A stretch of DNA of 64,000 bases from Nemertoderma westbladi (lineage: Eukaryota > Animalia > Xenacoelomorpha): NCBI GenBank assembly GCA_032718475.1, contig JAUCBJ010001860.1, positions 28,936 through 92,935 on the forward strand, given 5' to 3'. How positions within the stretch are numbered: the first letter of the stretch is position 1; the number at the start of each line of letters is the position of its first letter. The position numbers and the translations under genes are program-made. Shown one piece after another: positions 21,268-33,164 of the stretch. The notes under the pieces are model-generated. The model did not search any database. It was not told the origin of the DNA and saw only the letters and a list, made by a program, of their open reading frames with translations.

Positions 21268-22142
21268 TTTATAAAGTGTTTAATTTATGGTAATTACCAA
21301 ATTCGCAAAGCATCTAAATGTAGTTAATCTTAATAGTAAGTGGCTGCATTTGATTCGAATACAGTATACCCCCCTCTATGTTGAACCGATGATGGTGACA
21401 TGCCTGATCCACCCAATTACTGTAGGTAGTTGAAGTATAATCTACTGATGCTGAAAGTACAGTATCTCCCTGTTTTAAACAACAACATTAGGTACTCAAG
21501 ATTGAAATGTTAGCTCTATATCAATTTCACTCCTTTCCAAATTACTTGACTACATAATAATTCCCTGTTTTCAATATAAATTGTTTAAAAACCGTAATAT
21601 TTCTTACTGAAGTTAAAAAAAGAGGCGCAACTAAAACTCAAATCACTTTAACGTACCGCATAATTTTTAATATTAGCTAAATTATGCATGACAAAGTAAA
21701 TGGCGCAAAATGATCGCAAACACGTGTTTAGTGGGTTTGAAAAATTAATTTAATTGAGTTTAAACATTAGGGAAAGTAGCAGGTTACAGTGGCTCTGGCA
21801 TTGTTTTCTAACCAAAACAATAAACAAGACTTTTTTATTTCACTTGCGGTCAATTTGCGGTGAAGATCAATATTTTCACTTGAAGTCAATGTGCGCCACT
21901 ATCTGGCTTCATAATATTATATCATAAAATAATAATATTAGGCAGTCCTGTACTCTGAGTTCTTGTATGCCACATGAACGAAGCCCCGCATTTTAAACAT
22001 TCTTGCCAAGATCTGACAAGAATCCTCAATTACTAACAAGAATTAACAAAAGTCTCAAATCACACCAAGACAAGCCAAGCCAATGTCTCTCAATAACCTC
22101 CAAGACCCACAAAGTCTTGGTGACTCTTGGCCACTCCAGACA

Positions 22143-22921
22143 ACTACTAGGATCGGCATGCTGCATTGCAGCTGCATTTATAAGAATGCTGTGCCGGCTT
22201 GTCGATAAAATTGCGCCGCCACAACTCCCTATCACCCATGACATTTGCTAGATCATCCGCATCTTCACTACTACTACTAGGATCGGCATGCTGCATTGCA
22301 GCTGCATTTTTAAGAATGCTGTGCCGGCTTGTCAACAAAATTGCACCGCCACAACTCCCTATCACCCATGACATTTGCTAGATCATCCGCATCTTCAAGG
22401 CCAGTGTGAGTGTCCTTTAAGATGCGTCTCAAGAAAGTCATGGGCTGTCCACCATGCTTATTCAATCCATGAGGCTGCCAAAGTACAAGATTATGCACTG
22501 GCAGGTCCTCACGGCGAAAGCAATGTCCTGCAAAGTGGAGGCAATTTTGTTCTAGTGTCAAGCTTGGGGGAACCAATGAGACACCGCCAATGTTATATAT
22601 TGTCTGGTTGGAGATGTGTGCATTGTACTTGAAACAATGAACCCGGCGTATCATTCTTGTGAATGTGCCATCCAGAGATTTGGTGTCCTCAGCAGTTAGA
22701 GCCCAGCATGGACTCCCATAGAGGAGTACTGGAACTACTGCTGCTCTAAATAATCGGACCTTAAGTTTCCGATTAATTCTCGGTGACTTCCAAATCCTGG
22801 AAAGCCTATTCAAGGCTGCCCATGCCTTTCCCTTACGTATTCGAAGGTCCTCACCTGACTTCCGGATCCATGATCCCAGGTAACAGAAGTCATCCACATG
22901 CTCAAGCATACCATCTTTTGA
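22143..22921 (-). mobile_element. 5'-truncated RTE LINE with tandemly duplicated 3' end
   Basis: ORF 22310-22996 matches the RTE C-terminus (HVDDFCYLGS...). The 3' ~125 bp with its TAG tail occurs twice (22143-22266 and 22268-22390). Confidence 0.9.
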
Positions 22922-23582
22922 TGACATCTTTGACAACTGGATCATCATCTGGATCTGGTTCAGAATTTGGGAGGACAACTGTCCACATATAGACACAGCC
23001 TTATTCGCTCATTGGAAGACAGTAGCCTCGCAATCTGTCATCGTTGCATAAGCCTTGCGACCACTTAAAAGTGGCATCATCCTCGAATTCAGTGGACAAT
23101 CCATTGAATACAAAATGATATGACTCCACAACGAACGCAATCAGACCATTCGGTATGCCTGCTAGTTAATTCATTAAAAAACTTCTCTAGTCTGGCATCA
23201 TATACATTTTGCAACTGGGTATTTGTTGCGATATATGGCGCTGTGTACCTATATTAGCCGTCATACAGTATAATTATTTAGATAAGCCATAAAGACGCGC
23301 AACCATATTTAGATAAGGAAAGTAAAACGCCCCGATTTTTGAATTTATCCATTTTATACAGTTCTACCTATGTAATTTTGTAGTAAAATATAAGTAAATA
23401 GTTCCACGGTAGCAAGTTTCCTATGAAACCCTTGATATAAGCTTGCTGATATTAGCTTCAATAGGATTAACTGCATATTTGTTTTATTTTCTTTTATATT
23501 TGCGCTAAATTAGATTTCATGTAGCGTATTATTAGTACCGCTAAATTAAGCAACGCCAAAATGACCATATATGGTGACGATT

Positions 23583-25206
23583 TGTGATTCCAAGGAGGAA
23601 TAGGTTCACAATCCGGCTTCCTTATTGGCCTAGCTGCTTCCAGGTTGGTCTAATGGTAGCGCGGATTGGGGAACCAATCAGAGAATTATTGCATCATCCT
23701 TCATGAATCACCTATAAATTGGCCGTTTTTCCGGTATGTGCAATGTAATCTCAGTGTCCCTCAATCTCAGTTGCTGTTGTAATTTACTTTTGTAAATTCT
23801 GTAATTTGTTTTCTTGCAATAATTCGTAAATTTGTAATTTCTGCTTATTTCTTGCTGTGTTTCTCACTTTAATCTCAATGATTACTGCTAATTACAATCG
23901 GAACTATGATTTCTACCCTTTAATTAATGGTTCTATGTGATTAAGATGCGATAATCCCACAGGATTTCTTTAGACTGTCAGACTGTATGATTGCATGCGC
24001 CGTTACGGTAGCTACTCATTAGATGGAGGGCTAAGGTACCGGTAGGCGCGGCGGGCGCACTGGGGGGTTAGCGACGAAGGGAGTGCGGAGGATTCAAAAG
24101 GCGAGCAACGCTGGCGGGGGGTCACCGTTGCGGGCGGAAGGCTAGCAGTGTAGAGAGAAGACTGCTCGCTGGTACAGTAATTAAGGGGCTGATGATCCAG
24201 ATTTTGTCTCTATTTTGTAGTATTAGGGGGGCAGGAATTGGGTTAGTTAGGAAGCCTACATGTACCCGGGAGAGGCCTTCGTGCTTTATACTGCGAACTG
24301 TAGGTTGCGAGTTGCGAACTGTGAATTGTGAACTGAAGATTGTAAATTGTACATTAAGAACTATAAATTGGTAAGTATTAACTATTGATTGTTACGTTGA
24401 TTGGTGTGTTTGTCTATCATTGGGACACTCAAGGGAGGTTTCGGTTGCAAAATTGAGTTTCTTTATTAACGCGCTCGCATTCAATCGTTTTGTATTTACA
24501 AATCATGGGCAGTTATGATAATGAAATGTGGACAATAAAAGCACTAATAAATAACATAATATATTTCGATAACGTAGTAAAAATATTGATAAAATAAGGG
24601 GAGGGGAAATTAATGAAACATTTACTTCGAGTATATGTGGTTACAAATATCAGCAGAAATAAAGTGTTATCAAAGTAAATGAAATGGGACGAATGAAAAG
24701 GCGAGCAAGCGAGTGGACGGGGAGCGAGCGAGCGAGCAAGCGAGCGGTAAAAAACAATTTGTGACAACCAGTGTAGAAAATAGGAAGACTGACGAAATTG
24801 CTCAGAATGAAGTATATAATGGTAAATTATTACATCGCGAGGTGATAACAGGAGGTCAAGATGCTGAATGGAGGGGGTCAGGCCTAAAACATGAGGTTTG
24901 CATTGATGTAACACATGACGGGCATACTAGGGCTAACAAATTAGTAGATTCGACCAATGAATGTGCAGAGATTCAATAATTCTGTTTGAGGTTGATGGGC
25001 ATTGTGAAGGGTTATTATTATTAATTATATAATATGATGTCAGTATATATCGAGAGGGGGGTGATTATATGAATGAACATGTGGCAGCCCGCTTTAACCT
25101 GGGGCCACTTACAGTACTTGATAATGTTAGTGGGACTGAGGGGGGGCTTGTTAAGTGAATGATAGGTGGAATCTCGCTGCAACCCGAGTCCACGTACTGT
25201 ACAAAA
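23583..25206. mobile_element. Non-coding LTR-retrotransposon-like DNA, probably the left remainder of BEL element B split by element A
   Basis: The ~80-bp repeat ending aacccgagtccacgtactgtac at 25180-25202 resumes at 44817-44930 on the far side of element A. The left boundary is uncertain. Confidence 0.5.
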
Positions 25207-26504
25207 TGTTTCTTTTAAAATGTCTCTTACAAAATGTGCGCTTTCAGACCTTTAGCAGTTTAACCTGCCAATTTTAGGTGTCCTCTTGTTTATAAATCGA
25301 CTTTAGCCTATAACAATTATTTAATGCACATGAAGTAACATTAGCCGAAACCAGTCTATGCGCGATCATTCACCCACAGTTAAGGGAGACTGGATTCGGG
25401 TGCTTTGAAGTTATTGCGTTGCAGACCTACTGTATTATTCGATTGATCGTTACTATATAATCTCTGACAATATTATTCACTTTCGGGGAAATATTAACAG
25501 TTCCTTTAGGACGTGTCGCTTTAAGTATAAAACAGAGTTATGACTTATACTAAACACAACGAGATGGCTACTGATTTTCGTAAATAGCGCATTCTTTAGG
25601 AGATGCTTTATTATCTGTCACACTACTGCACACGACTTCACACTGTTTCACACTGATCTGCCGACCGTCACTGAATTTGATCATATATAAGGAGGATAGC
25701 AACCGACACATGTAGGGATTATGAAATAGCATTTAATGCACACTAAAACCACTGTAATGTAAGTCGCAATTGCTACCGGTAACCGGTCCCTCTAACCTTT
25801 AGTAATCAAGAAGATTGGGGGTTTTATGATTATTTATCGATATTTTCCAAATATAACAACATATCCATCAACATATAACCATTAATAACAGACAGTAAAC
25901 AGAAGTACAATAATGCGGTGATATTCAGCCAGTATCGGTAATACCGGTACCGCAGGTGCCAAGTGACCAGTTGTTATGGTTAGTTGCACAGTTGTACAGT
26001 GCAGTAGGGCCAGTAATGCATCCAGTCAGTCCAGTTGACAAGTTGACAGGTGCAGGTGATCGGAGTTTGGTTTACAGATAATAGATTTACGTTCTTGTAA
26101 TCAAAGCCGTCTAATGTTGGCCAAAGTCTGAAACTTCTAACACAGAAGTACAGAATAATTTCCAAGCAGTTGTTCTCGCTCAGAAAGGTAAACAAAGACC
26201 GTAATGCATTATTGCGCAATTTCCCGTAGGCTCCTGTGCAAGATAAAATGAAAATCGTTCTGATTGGTCGAGCGAGCCTGAACAAAGAAAGTTCCACATC
26301 GACAGCAAATCAGCTGACAGATTTCGTCATCTGAACTACACTCTATTTAGAGTATTTGGCGTATTGCGGCATAAAATGGCTTGTTATGTCCGCTAAAACA
26401 CCTACATGGTACATTGCGGAGAAAATGGCTTGTTATGTCCGCTAAAACAACTAAACAGTTAATTGCGGAGAAAATGACTGGTTATATCCGCAAAAGCTTT
26501 TACA
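25207..26504 (-). repeat. 3' LTR of BEL element A
   Basis: About 98-99% identical by eye to 43561-44816. Ends ...caaaagcttttaca and has a small insertion near its left tip. Confidence 0.9.
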
Positions 26505-26582
26505 CCGCTCCCAGAAAATGGGATTTAATTCTATAAAATATAAAAAATCACAGTTTCTAAAATATAAAAATACTCTAAACAG

Positions 26583-27100
26583 TTAGTCTTTCTTACGCGA
26601 ACGGCGTTTACGCGGTGTTTTGAGGCTAGCAAGAGTCCTTTTCTCTTTGGGGCGAGCCACTTTACTAGGAGGGCTATAACTCCTAGGTGAAGGGTGCAAT
26701 ACAATTGCATCAGAAGGTTTAGGGTTACGGTCGGTGTGTCCGCTGGTCGAGGTACCCGGTTGATCGGTATCAACCTCAGTGGAACGAGGTCGAACAACCT
26801 TGAGAGCGCGTTTTAAGACAGCAGCTCTTACTGGTCCCTGATGGGTCGTTTGCACGAGAGCGGTAGGTGGACCGTGTGTAGTGAGAAATTTCCTCGGTTT
26901 GATGGTTCTTTCTGACTCGCGTTCTCGGGCTCTGTTGAAATCGATATGCTTCTCCTCGAGCTGATTTTCCTCCGCTTGTCGTTGGAAGCATTCATCCAAA
27001 ACTCTTTCAGAGAGTAAGGTCGTCCAAGTTCGATATCTTCTTAGAGTTTCTGGATTTCCCGATCGAACTGAGATAAAGCTAATTCGTTTACCGCTTGGAC
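26583..27100 (-). CDS. BEL-A accessory ORF3 (unknown; basic C-terminus)
   Basis: ORF 26583-26999 stays open upstream to ~27100 (ETLRRYRTWTTLLSERVLDECF). A homologous copy at ~56525-56700 shows synonymous changes (TTG GAT / TTA GAC). Confidence 0.45.
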
Positions 27101-27730
27101 TTGCTGCTGCAATTTACGTTTCTCTAAACAATCGTAGGTTCCTTTTCCGATCTTTTGTCGAATAGTGTCTAACGAGTTTCGTTCAACTCTCTCCTCCACC
27201 TCGGTGACAGGTTGTATCGGGGTTAAATCGGGACGATTATACGGGTTGAATGGCGATATTAAATGTCCGCGTCCCAATCCGGCTAGGTAGGATGGGCGAA
27301 TATCTAGGGAGCCCACAACCGGAGTGCCACCGACTAATTGTTTGGGTAACACCAGATCTTTGAACAATGAGTACAGTTCAGGAGGATCCGTCATACTATT
27401 AGGATCAAGAGTCTGAGGTCTCACTAGGGAATGAGGAGGTCTGACCGAGTATTCCGGAACTCTGATCATTGGTTTATTCAAGGATCGTTTGAGCCGAGCG
27501 ACCGTAGGTGATACGTCGAACAGGTTTCTCTCGAAATTCCCGTAAGTATAGCGAGTAAAAACTGTGTTTAGCGCAACGTCTCCGCGGATGTTTATGTCTT
27601 TCCGTGTGTTGGTTGGGTCTAGGGCATTCATCGTAATAATACCAAAGATGCACGTCTTGTAGGGGAAACGCTGGTGATCTTTCTCCAGCTTTACAATGTC
27701 TCTCTCAAGAATTCCAAAGATACGTTGAAG
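27041..27730 (-). CDS. BEL-A accessory ORF2 (unknown, ~196-230 aa)
   Basis: ORF 27041-27631 stays open upstream to ~27730. The second copy (~56683-57370) shows several synonymous substitutions and the same stop. Confidence 0.55.
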   Translation of the reverse strand, partial: LQRIFGILERDIVKLEKDHQRFPYKTCIFGIITMNALDPTNTRKDINIRGDVALNTVFTRYTYGNFERNLFDVSPTVARLKRSLNKPMIRVPEYSVRPPHSLVRPQTLDPNSMTDPPELYSLFKDLVLPKQLVGGTPVVGSLDIRPSYLAGLGRGHLISPFNPYNRPDLTPIQPVTEVEERVERNSLDTIRQKIGKGTYDCLEKRKLQQQVQAVNELALSQFDREIQKL

Positions 27731-28137
27731 TCACTGCGTTTATCCGGTTCTTTAACGTCTTCTCTTTCGAGTTAGTTTCGAATAGAATTTTCGTGTTCGA
27801 TTCTCAGTTTATTGTTCCGACTCCGCTGGGTATGATATTTAAATAGGATCATTTCCCTTTCGGTGTCTACATCATCCATATCGTGTAAATCGATAGGATG
27901 GCCAGTAGTAAAGAAGTCTATATACGTACCATTACGATGCGTATAGCGAGCGGTGAATTTTCTATAGTCCAATTCATGCGTGAGCTGTTCCTTTGACATT
28001 GGCGGCTCGATATAACGGCCATCGTCCTCCGTAGTGGGTTGACTAGCGTCACCGCGTATTAAACTATCAACAAACGCTTGCAATGGTAGGGTATATCGCT
28101 CCCTGATACCAAGATCATCTTCTATCAACTCTGTCAT
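27691..28137 (-). CDS. BEL-A accessory ORF1 (unknown, 148 aa; premature stop at 27772 in this copy)
   Basis: MTELIEDDLGIR... The intact 148-aa homolog at 57332-57778 has the same ATG and the same RETL* end. Confidence 0.6.
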
Positions 28138-29866
28138 AGCTGCTATATGAGTTTATCGATATTATAATTAATTATAATTTAGGCTAGCGGTCATTGCTGC
28201 CCCCCCTCAATGCTCCCGGACAGCGCAAGCTCCTCAGCACTGATGTACTTTCGCCGCTGTGTCTATCGCCAACATAGTAGCTACACAACGACAACAACAA
28301 CCAGAGCGAGTCACTCCACTGTCCGTCCCAAGGGCTTAGATTTACTTCAGGTTCTTACTGCAGAGGTAGGGCTACTTTCACAACTGCGACTCGCTACTGT
28401 AAACACACTTTAGTAGTAACATTCACCTATAAACGCACAAATTCCACACAACTGTCACAAATTGTACACATTCGGGCCATTTGTCCGTTAGTCAAGTGCC
28501 TTCCAGAATGCCACGTTATTATTATGTATCCCTGGATACTAGCAGTGCGCTATTTATTCCTTATGCTATTCAATGGGGCAAGCTTTATATTGTTCTTTTA
28601 ACTCACATCTAATTCTAGCGTGGTTGTTGCCATGGTGACATTATGGAAAGCTAGCAGTAGAATTAGGGTAATTCTCATGCATACAGATCTGGGATGCTAT
28701 TTAATAGTAATACTTTAATCGTCAATATTCCCCTTTATACATGATTTTATGAATTTTATCGGCTATTGACTATATATTGGAGAGTCTCTCACGCTAATAT
28801 ACTTAATAGGGTGAATCTCCGCTCCCATGATCTATTAATTAATGGAATTTTGGGAATGTTATAAATTGTATAAAATGACAATTTATCAAATTCATGAGAG
28901 GATATGAATTTAAAAATTTATTCCTGTAAATTTTATTATTTAATATTAAAATAGGCCCAATTTTATTCCAGAGCATGTCTGGGGACTGGGATCCTTGATT
29001 CTAGGAAATTTGTCCTTTTAAGAGTATCGGTGAGTACTACGATATCTTAATCGACTAGAATTTTTAAAGGATCTAAATTTTAACAGATTTTGATTTATAG
29101 ATTTTCTTGGTTTACAAACTCCTTAGAGTTTATTTGTATGCATTTACTCTATTATAACATTTGTTTTAATAGATTTTATAAATATTAACTATGTAATATT
29201 TAAGATGGGCACCGATTTATTCCAGAACATGTCTGGGGACGTTAACCATTGATTCTAGAATTTTGTCTTTCAAGTATATCGGTGGGTGCCGCGATATCTT
29301 AATTGACTAGAATTACAGATGGTCAAAGGGTTTAACAGATTTATTTGCGTTGTACGCTACTGTTAAAGGGACATCACGCTACTATATGTATTATTTAATA
29401 TACGGTATGAGAGCAATATTGCAAGAAGCAATGTCAGTGAGAAGAGGCAAATCGTTTCCAAGGTCTACCCAGAGCTTGGTTTAGCCAAGACACGAGGATC
29501 TGAACTTTGCATTCCTAATACTCTACTTACCAATAATACTTAAGTTTAGTAGGAGCTTTATTGTACTTTAATAAGTACGGACATTTCATCTTACTGTAGT
29601 CACGTATTTATAATATGATACGGACAGTAAGGAGGAGAAAAGAATTATTTCTCGCCGTTACGCTAAATACATATAATATAAGTAATTAAGTAATAAACGC
29701 GAATATATATTGCACTAATCTACTAAATAACCACTAAAATAACATTCTACTAAATAAAATTAATGAAAACGATTATTATAAAATTATATAATATTACATA
29801 CCTAAATATAAAAATAATAAAAAACGAATATAAAATAATATGGTCACACACCCACTCCAGACGCTG

Positions 29867-31462
29867 TTACGTTGGGGAGTCCCTAGATGTTTGTTGGATT
29901 AGGGAGGTGGTCGTGGGAAGAGTATCTTGCCTTCCATAGTTTCCGGATAGTTCTCTGTCTCTTTCCAGTAAACATAAACGACCAACTGGGCGATTGAGCT
30001 GCTGCGTCTTGAATACAATTCCAGGTTTCTTAAAGTTACGTCGCATGACGACGAGTTCTACCGATCGCACCAAACCATCATCTGAGATATGAGTCTCGAT
30101 GATACGACCTGTCTGCCACCGCTTACGTGGAAGATCTGTTTCCACAATAAGGACCATGTCTCCGGCGCTGACGTTTTCTTGCTGCGCAAACCACTTGGTT
30201 CGAAGTTGTAGCGTAGGCAGATAATGTTTTTCGAAATGGTCAGCGAAACGATGGGATAATAACTGCATAAGTTGCCAAGTTTGTCGGCAGTATTCGTCTC
30301 CGTCCGTGATTTCCGATCGTGGGAGCATGGCTACAGGTTTTTTCAGTAGGAAGTGCGCAGGTGTTAGCGCTTCCAGGGAGTCGGGACTCGATGAGACTGG
30401 CATAAGCGGTCTTCCGTTAAGATAGGCGGCGATTTCTTCCATTAACGTCTGCAAAAGTTCGTCGGTGAGATACGCGCAGCACGGCACTATAAAGTGAAAT
30501 GCAGTCTTTACGCTTCTTATTAATCTCTCCCAACTTCCTCCCCACCAAGGGGCGTCGGCGGCGTTGAATGTCCAGCTAGATGCTGTTACCCTTAGCTGAT
30601 CGTCCACCTGTCTTTGGTTCCAATCTCTAACGTAAGCCTTGATCTCATTATTGGCGCCAATGAAGTTCGTTCCCTTATCAGATCTCATCGTGTTGCTAGT
30701 TCCAAAGCGAGCGATCTGTCGGCGTAGACTCAGTATAAAGCTGTTGGTAGATAGATCGTTCACCATATCTAAATGGATTGCTCTACAAGTCATACAGACA
30801 AAGATGACACACCATCGCTTGACTGTAGTCCTGGCACGATATACTTCAATAGGGCCAAATGAATCCACACCGGTATTAGTAAAGGGTGGTTCATAGAAGC
30901 TTACTCGTTCCCAAGGTAATTCTGCTTCTCGCTGTATTAAAGGCCTACTGAATGCTTTCCTACAGGGTATACAGTTCCTAAGAACTTGGTTCAGAGCTCT
31001 AAGTGGTTTATGAAAATAATAGTGAGTTCGAATTTCGCTAAGAACTCGTTCTCTACCAGCATGGTAAAGCTTACTGTGAACATCTACAATCATCTTGATT
31101 TGTATTTCAAGATTTCTAATGAGTATGGGAAACTTAGTGTCAAAGGATAATGGAGCATTAGTTAGTCTCCCTCCAACACGTATTAACCCATCTATCATTG
31201 TGCTAGAGAAACGATCCCTTAAGCGCATCTGTGGATTTCTCAACAACAGGAAATACTTATCGGAATCTTCATAGCATTGCAGGAGTCTCAGTATCTGCTT
31301 ATTGGTTTCTTCATGCTCCTGGTAACTGATCTTCTCCGTCAGAAACCTATCTGAGATTTTATATTTGGGAAGATCTTTAATAGCATGGACCTGCACAGAT
31401 GTCAGTGGAGCGGTATCACTAGCGATCTTCGTCCTGGAGTAGTGATAATGGAAGCATCGCAT
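29867..31462 (-). CDS. BEL/Pao integrase (HHCC, DDE core, BEL C-terminal region)
   Basis: Motifs GLIRVGGRL, H..H...C..C, TGVDSFGP, RAIHLDMV, SDKGTNF, PWWGGSWERLI, NGRPL, LTPAHFL, DGLVRSV, RPV.RLCLLE. Confidence 0.92.
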   Translation of the reverse strand: MRCFHYHYSRTKIASDTAPLTSVQVHAIKDLPKYKISDRFLTEKISYQEHEETNKQILRLLQCYEDSDKYFLLLRNPQMRLRDRFSSTMIDGLIRVGGRLTNAPLSFDTKFPILIRNLEIQIKMIVDVHSKLYHAGRERVLSEIRTHYYFHKPLRALNQVLRNCIPCRKAFSRPLIQREAELPWERVSFYEPPFTNTGVDSFGPIEVYRARTTVKRWCVIFVCMTCRAIHLDMVNDLSTNSFILSLRRQIARFGTSNTMRSDKGTNFIGANNEIKAYVRDWNQRQVDDQLRVTASSWTFNAADAPWWGGSWERLIRSVKTAFHFIVPCCAYLTDELLQTLMEEIAAYLNGRPLMPVSSSPDSLEALTPAHFLLKKPVAMLPRSEITDGDEYCRQTWQLMQLLSHRFADHFEKHYLPTLQLRTKWFAQQENVSAGDMVLIVETDLPRKRWQTGRIIETHISDDGLVRSVELVVMRRNFKKPGIVFKTQQLNRPVGRLCLLERDRELSGNYGRQDTLPTTTSLIQQTSRDSPT

Positions 31463-31995
31463 TCCTGCCGATGGCTGTAGCGTATAAAGCCGCCTTTAAC
31501 TCCGCTCGAGGAACTCGTAGCTTGTTGCTTATCAAGGCCTTAGAGGTAACCAAGGCAACTTTAATTCCATCCGGAGTTTCAACCCTCAGGTAGGCTACTA
31601 TACCTATTCCCATATCGCTGGCGTCTCCAAACACATGGAGTTGATAGGAATACGTGGGGAGAACCTGACCAAAATATGAACGGGAAATTGTAAAGTTCTC
31701 GATGGATGGTAGAGAATCTTCCCATTTCATCCACTTCTTTAGTAGTTCTCCCTTAAGTGGATCATCCCACGAGTGGTTTTCAAGCCACATTTGTTGAACT
31801 AAACTCCGAGCAACCAATATAACTGAGCTAATAAATCCCAATGGATCGAAATAAGTGCTCAGGATACTTAGACAAATCCGTTTAGTTCGAACTGGATTAT
31901 CTCGCTGTTTTAGCTGGAAAAACAGGATATCTCTCTCTGTGTCCCATTTCAAACCAAGTGTCTTGGTTTCTGGAAGAATGTCCTTGATTAGGTCC
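31419..31995 (-). pseudogene. BEL/Pao RT-to-RNase H region, internally deleted
   Basis: Motifs KTLGLKWD, TKR..LS.....FDPLG, WDDPL, LHVFGDAS, YLR, VPRAEL. Confidence 0.88.
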
Positions 31996-33164
31996 TGTTC
32001 GCGCTTTCAGACCTTTAGCAGTTTAACCTGCCAAATTGGGATGTCTTCTAGATGATAGATCGTCTTTAGCCTATGACAAGTATTTGATACACTACATTAG
32101 CCGAAGCCAGTCTATGCGCGATCATTCACCCGCTGGATATACCCGGGAGACTGGATTCGGAAGCCTAACCGTATTGCGGGGTAGGCCTACTGTATTATTC
32201 GACTGATCGTAATATATATAATCTCTGACAAGTATTATTCACTTTCGGGAAATATTAACAGTTCCTTTAGGACGTGGCGCTCTAAATATGTAAACAGAGT
32301 TATGACTTAAACTAGACACAACGGGATGGCTATAGATTCACGTATATGGCGCATTCTTTAGGAGATGCTTTGTTATCAGTCACAATCATACACAATACTG
32401 CACAATGCTGCACACTAATCTGCCGACCTTCACTAAATTTAGTCACATATAAAGAGAACAACAGACAATACATGTAGGGCCTATAAAATAGCATTAGATT
32501 CACTTCAAACCACTTAATGTAAGTCGCAATCGTTATATGTAACCGGTCTCTCTAACCTTTAGTATATCAAGAAGATTAGGGTGTCTGATTATTTATCAGT
32601 ATTCCAAATATAATATTCCATCAACAAATAATGAATAACCGACAGTAAATAGCAGTACAATGTTAAGATATGAATTGGTATGTTATGAATTGTTTGGTTA
32701 GTTAAGTGTGATAACAGATATACGTTCTATAATTAAGCCTACTAATGTTAGGCTAAAGACTGAAACACGGAGGTTCCAAAGCCGGTGTTCTTAGGCTGTG
32801 GACAAAATCACATACTGACTCAACTCCACGAGTTTCTATATACAATCTCTAACACAGAGGCAAAAAACGCTCTGATTGGTCGACCGAACAAAGAAGGAAC
32901 AGAGAACAAAGAACAAGCTCCACCTCCACGTGTACAGCATCAGCTGTTAGCCGTCGTCATGGTAGCTACACTGTTTCAAGAAGATCTGGCGTATTGCGTC
33001 ATAGAATTACTAATTATGTCCGTTAAAGTACACATACAGAAGAAATGGCTTTTATGTCCTCTAAAACACCAGTACAGTGAGGACACGGCCTTTTATGCCT
33101 GTTAAACCAACTACAGAGTACTTTACGGGGAAAATAACCGGCTAATTCCGCAAAAGCCTTTACA
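31996..33164 (-). mobile_element. Solo LTR of a sister BEL family inserted in the RT of element A
   Basis: TGTTCGCG...TTTACA termini. Homologous to but clearly diverged from the A LTRs. Perfect 5-bp TSD GGTCC (31991-31995 and 33165-33169); removing it restores KDLDLIKDILPETKTLGLKW. Confidence 0.93.

Noticed and set aside
22922-23165. Possible coding fragment upstream of the - strand RTE copy
   Set aside because: It contains stops and no recognisable motif, and cannot be tied to CLCA or the RTE.
23670-23720. CCAAT plus TATA promoter of a host gene
   Set aside because: It lies in LTR-like DNA with no downstream host exon. It may be an LTR promoter, but the LTR boundaries could not be fixed.
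26583-28137. env gene of the BEL element
   Set aside because: No signal peptide, transmembrane segment or Cys-rich ectodomain is visible; kept as unknown accessory ORFs.
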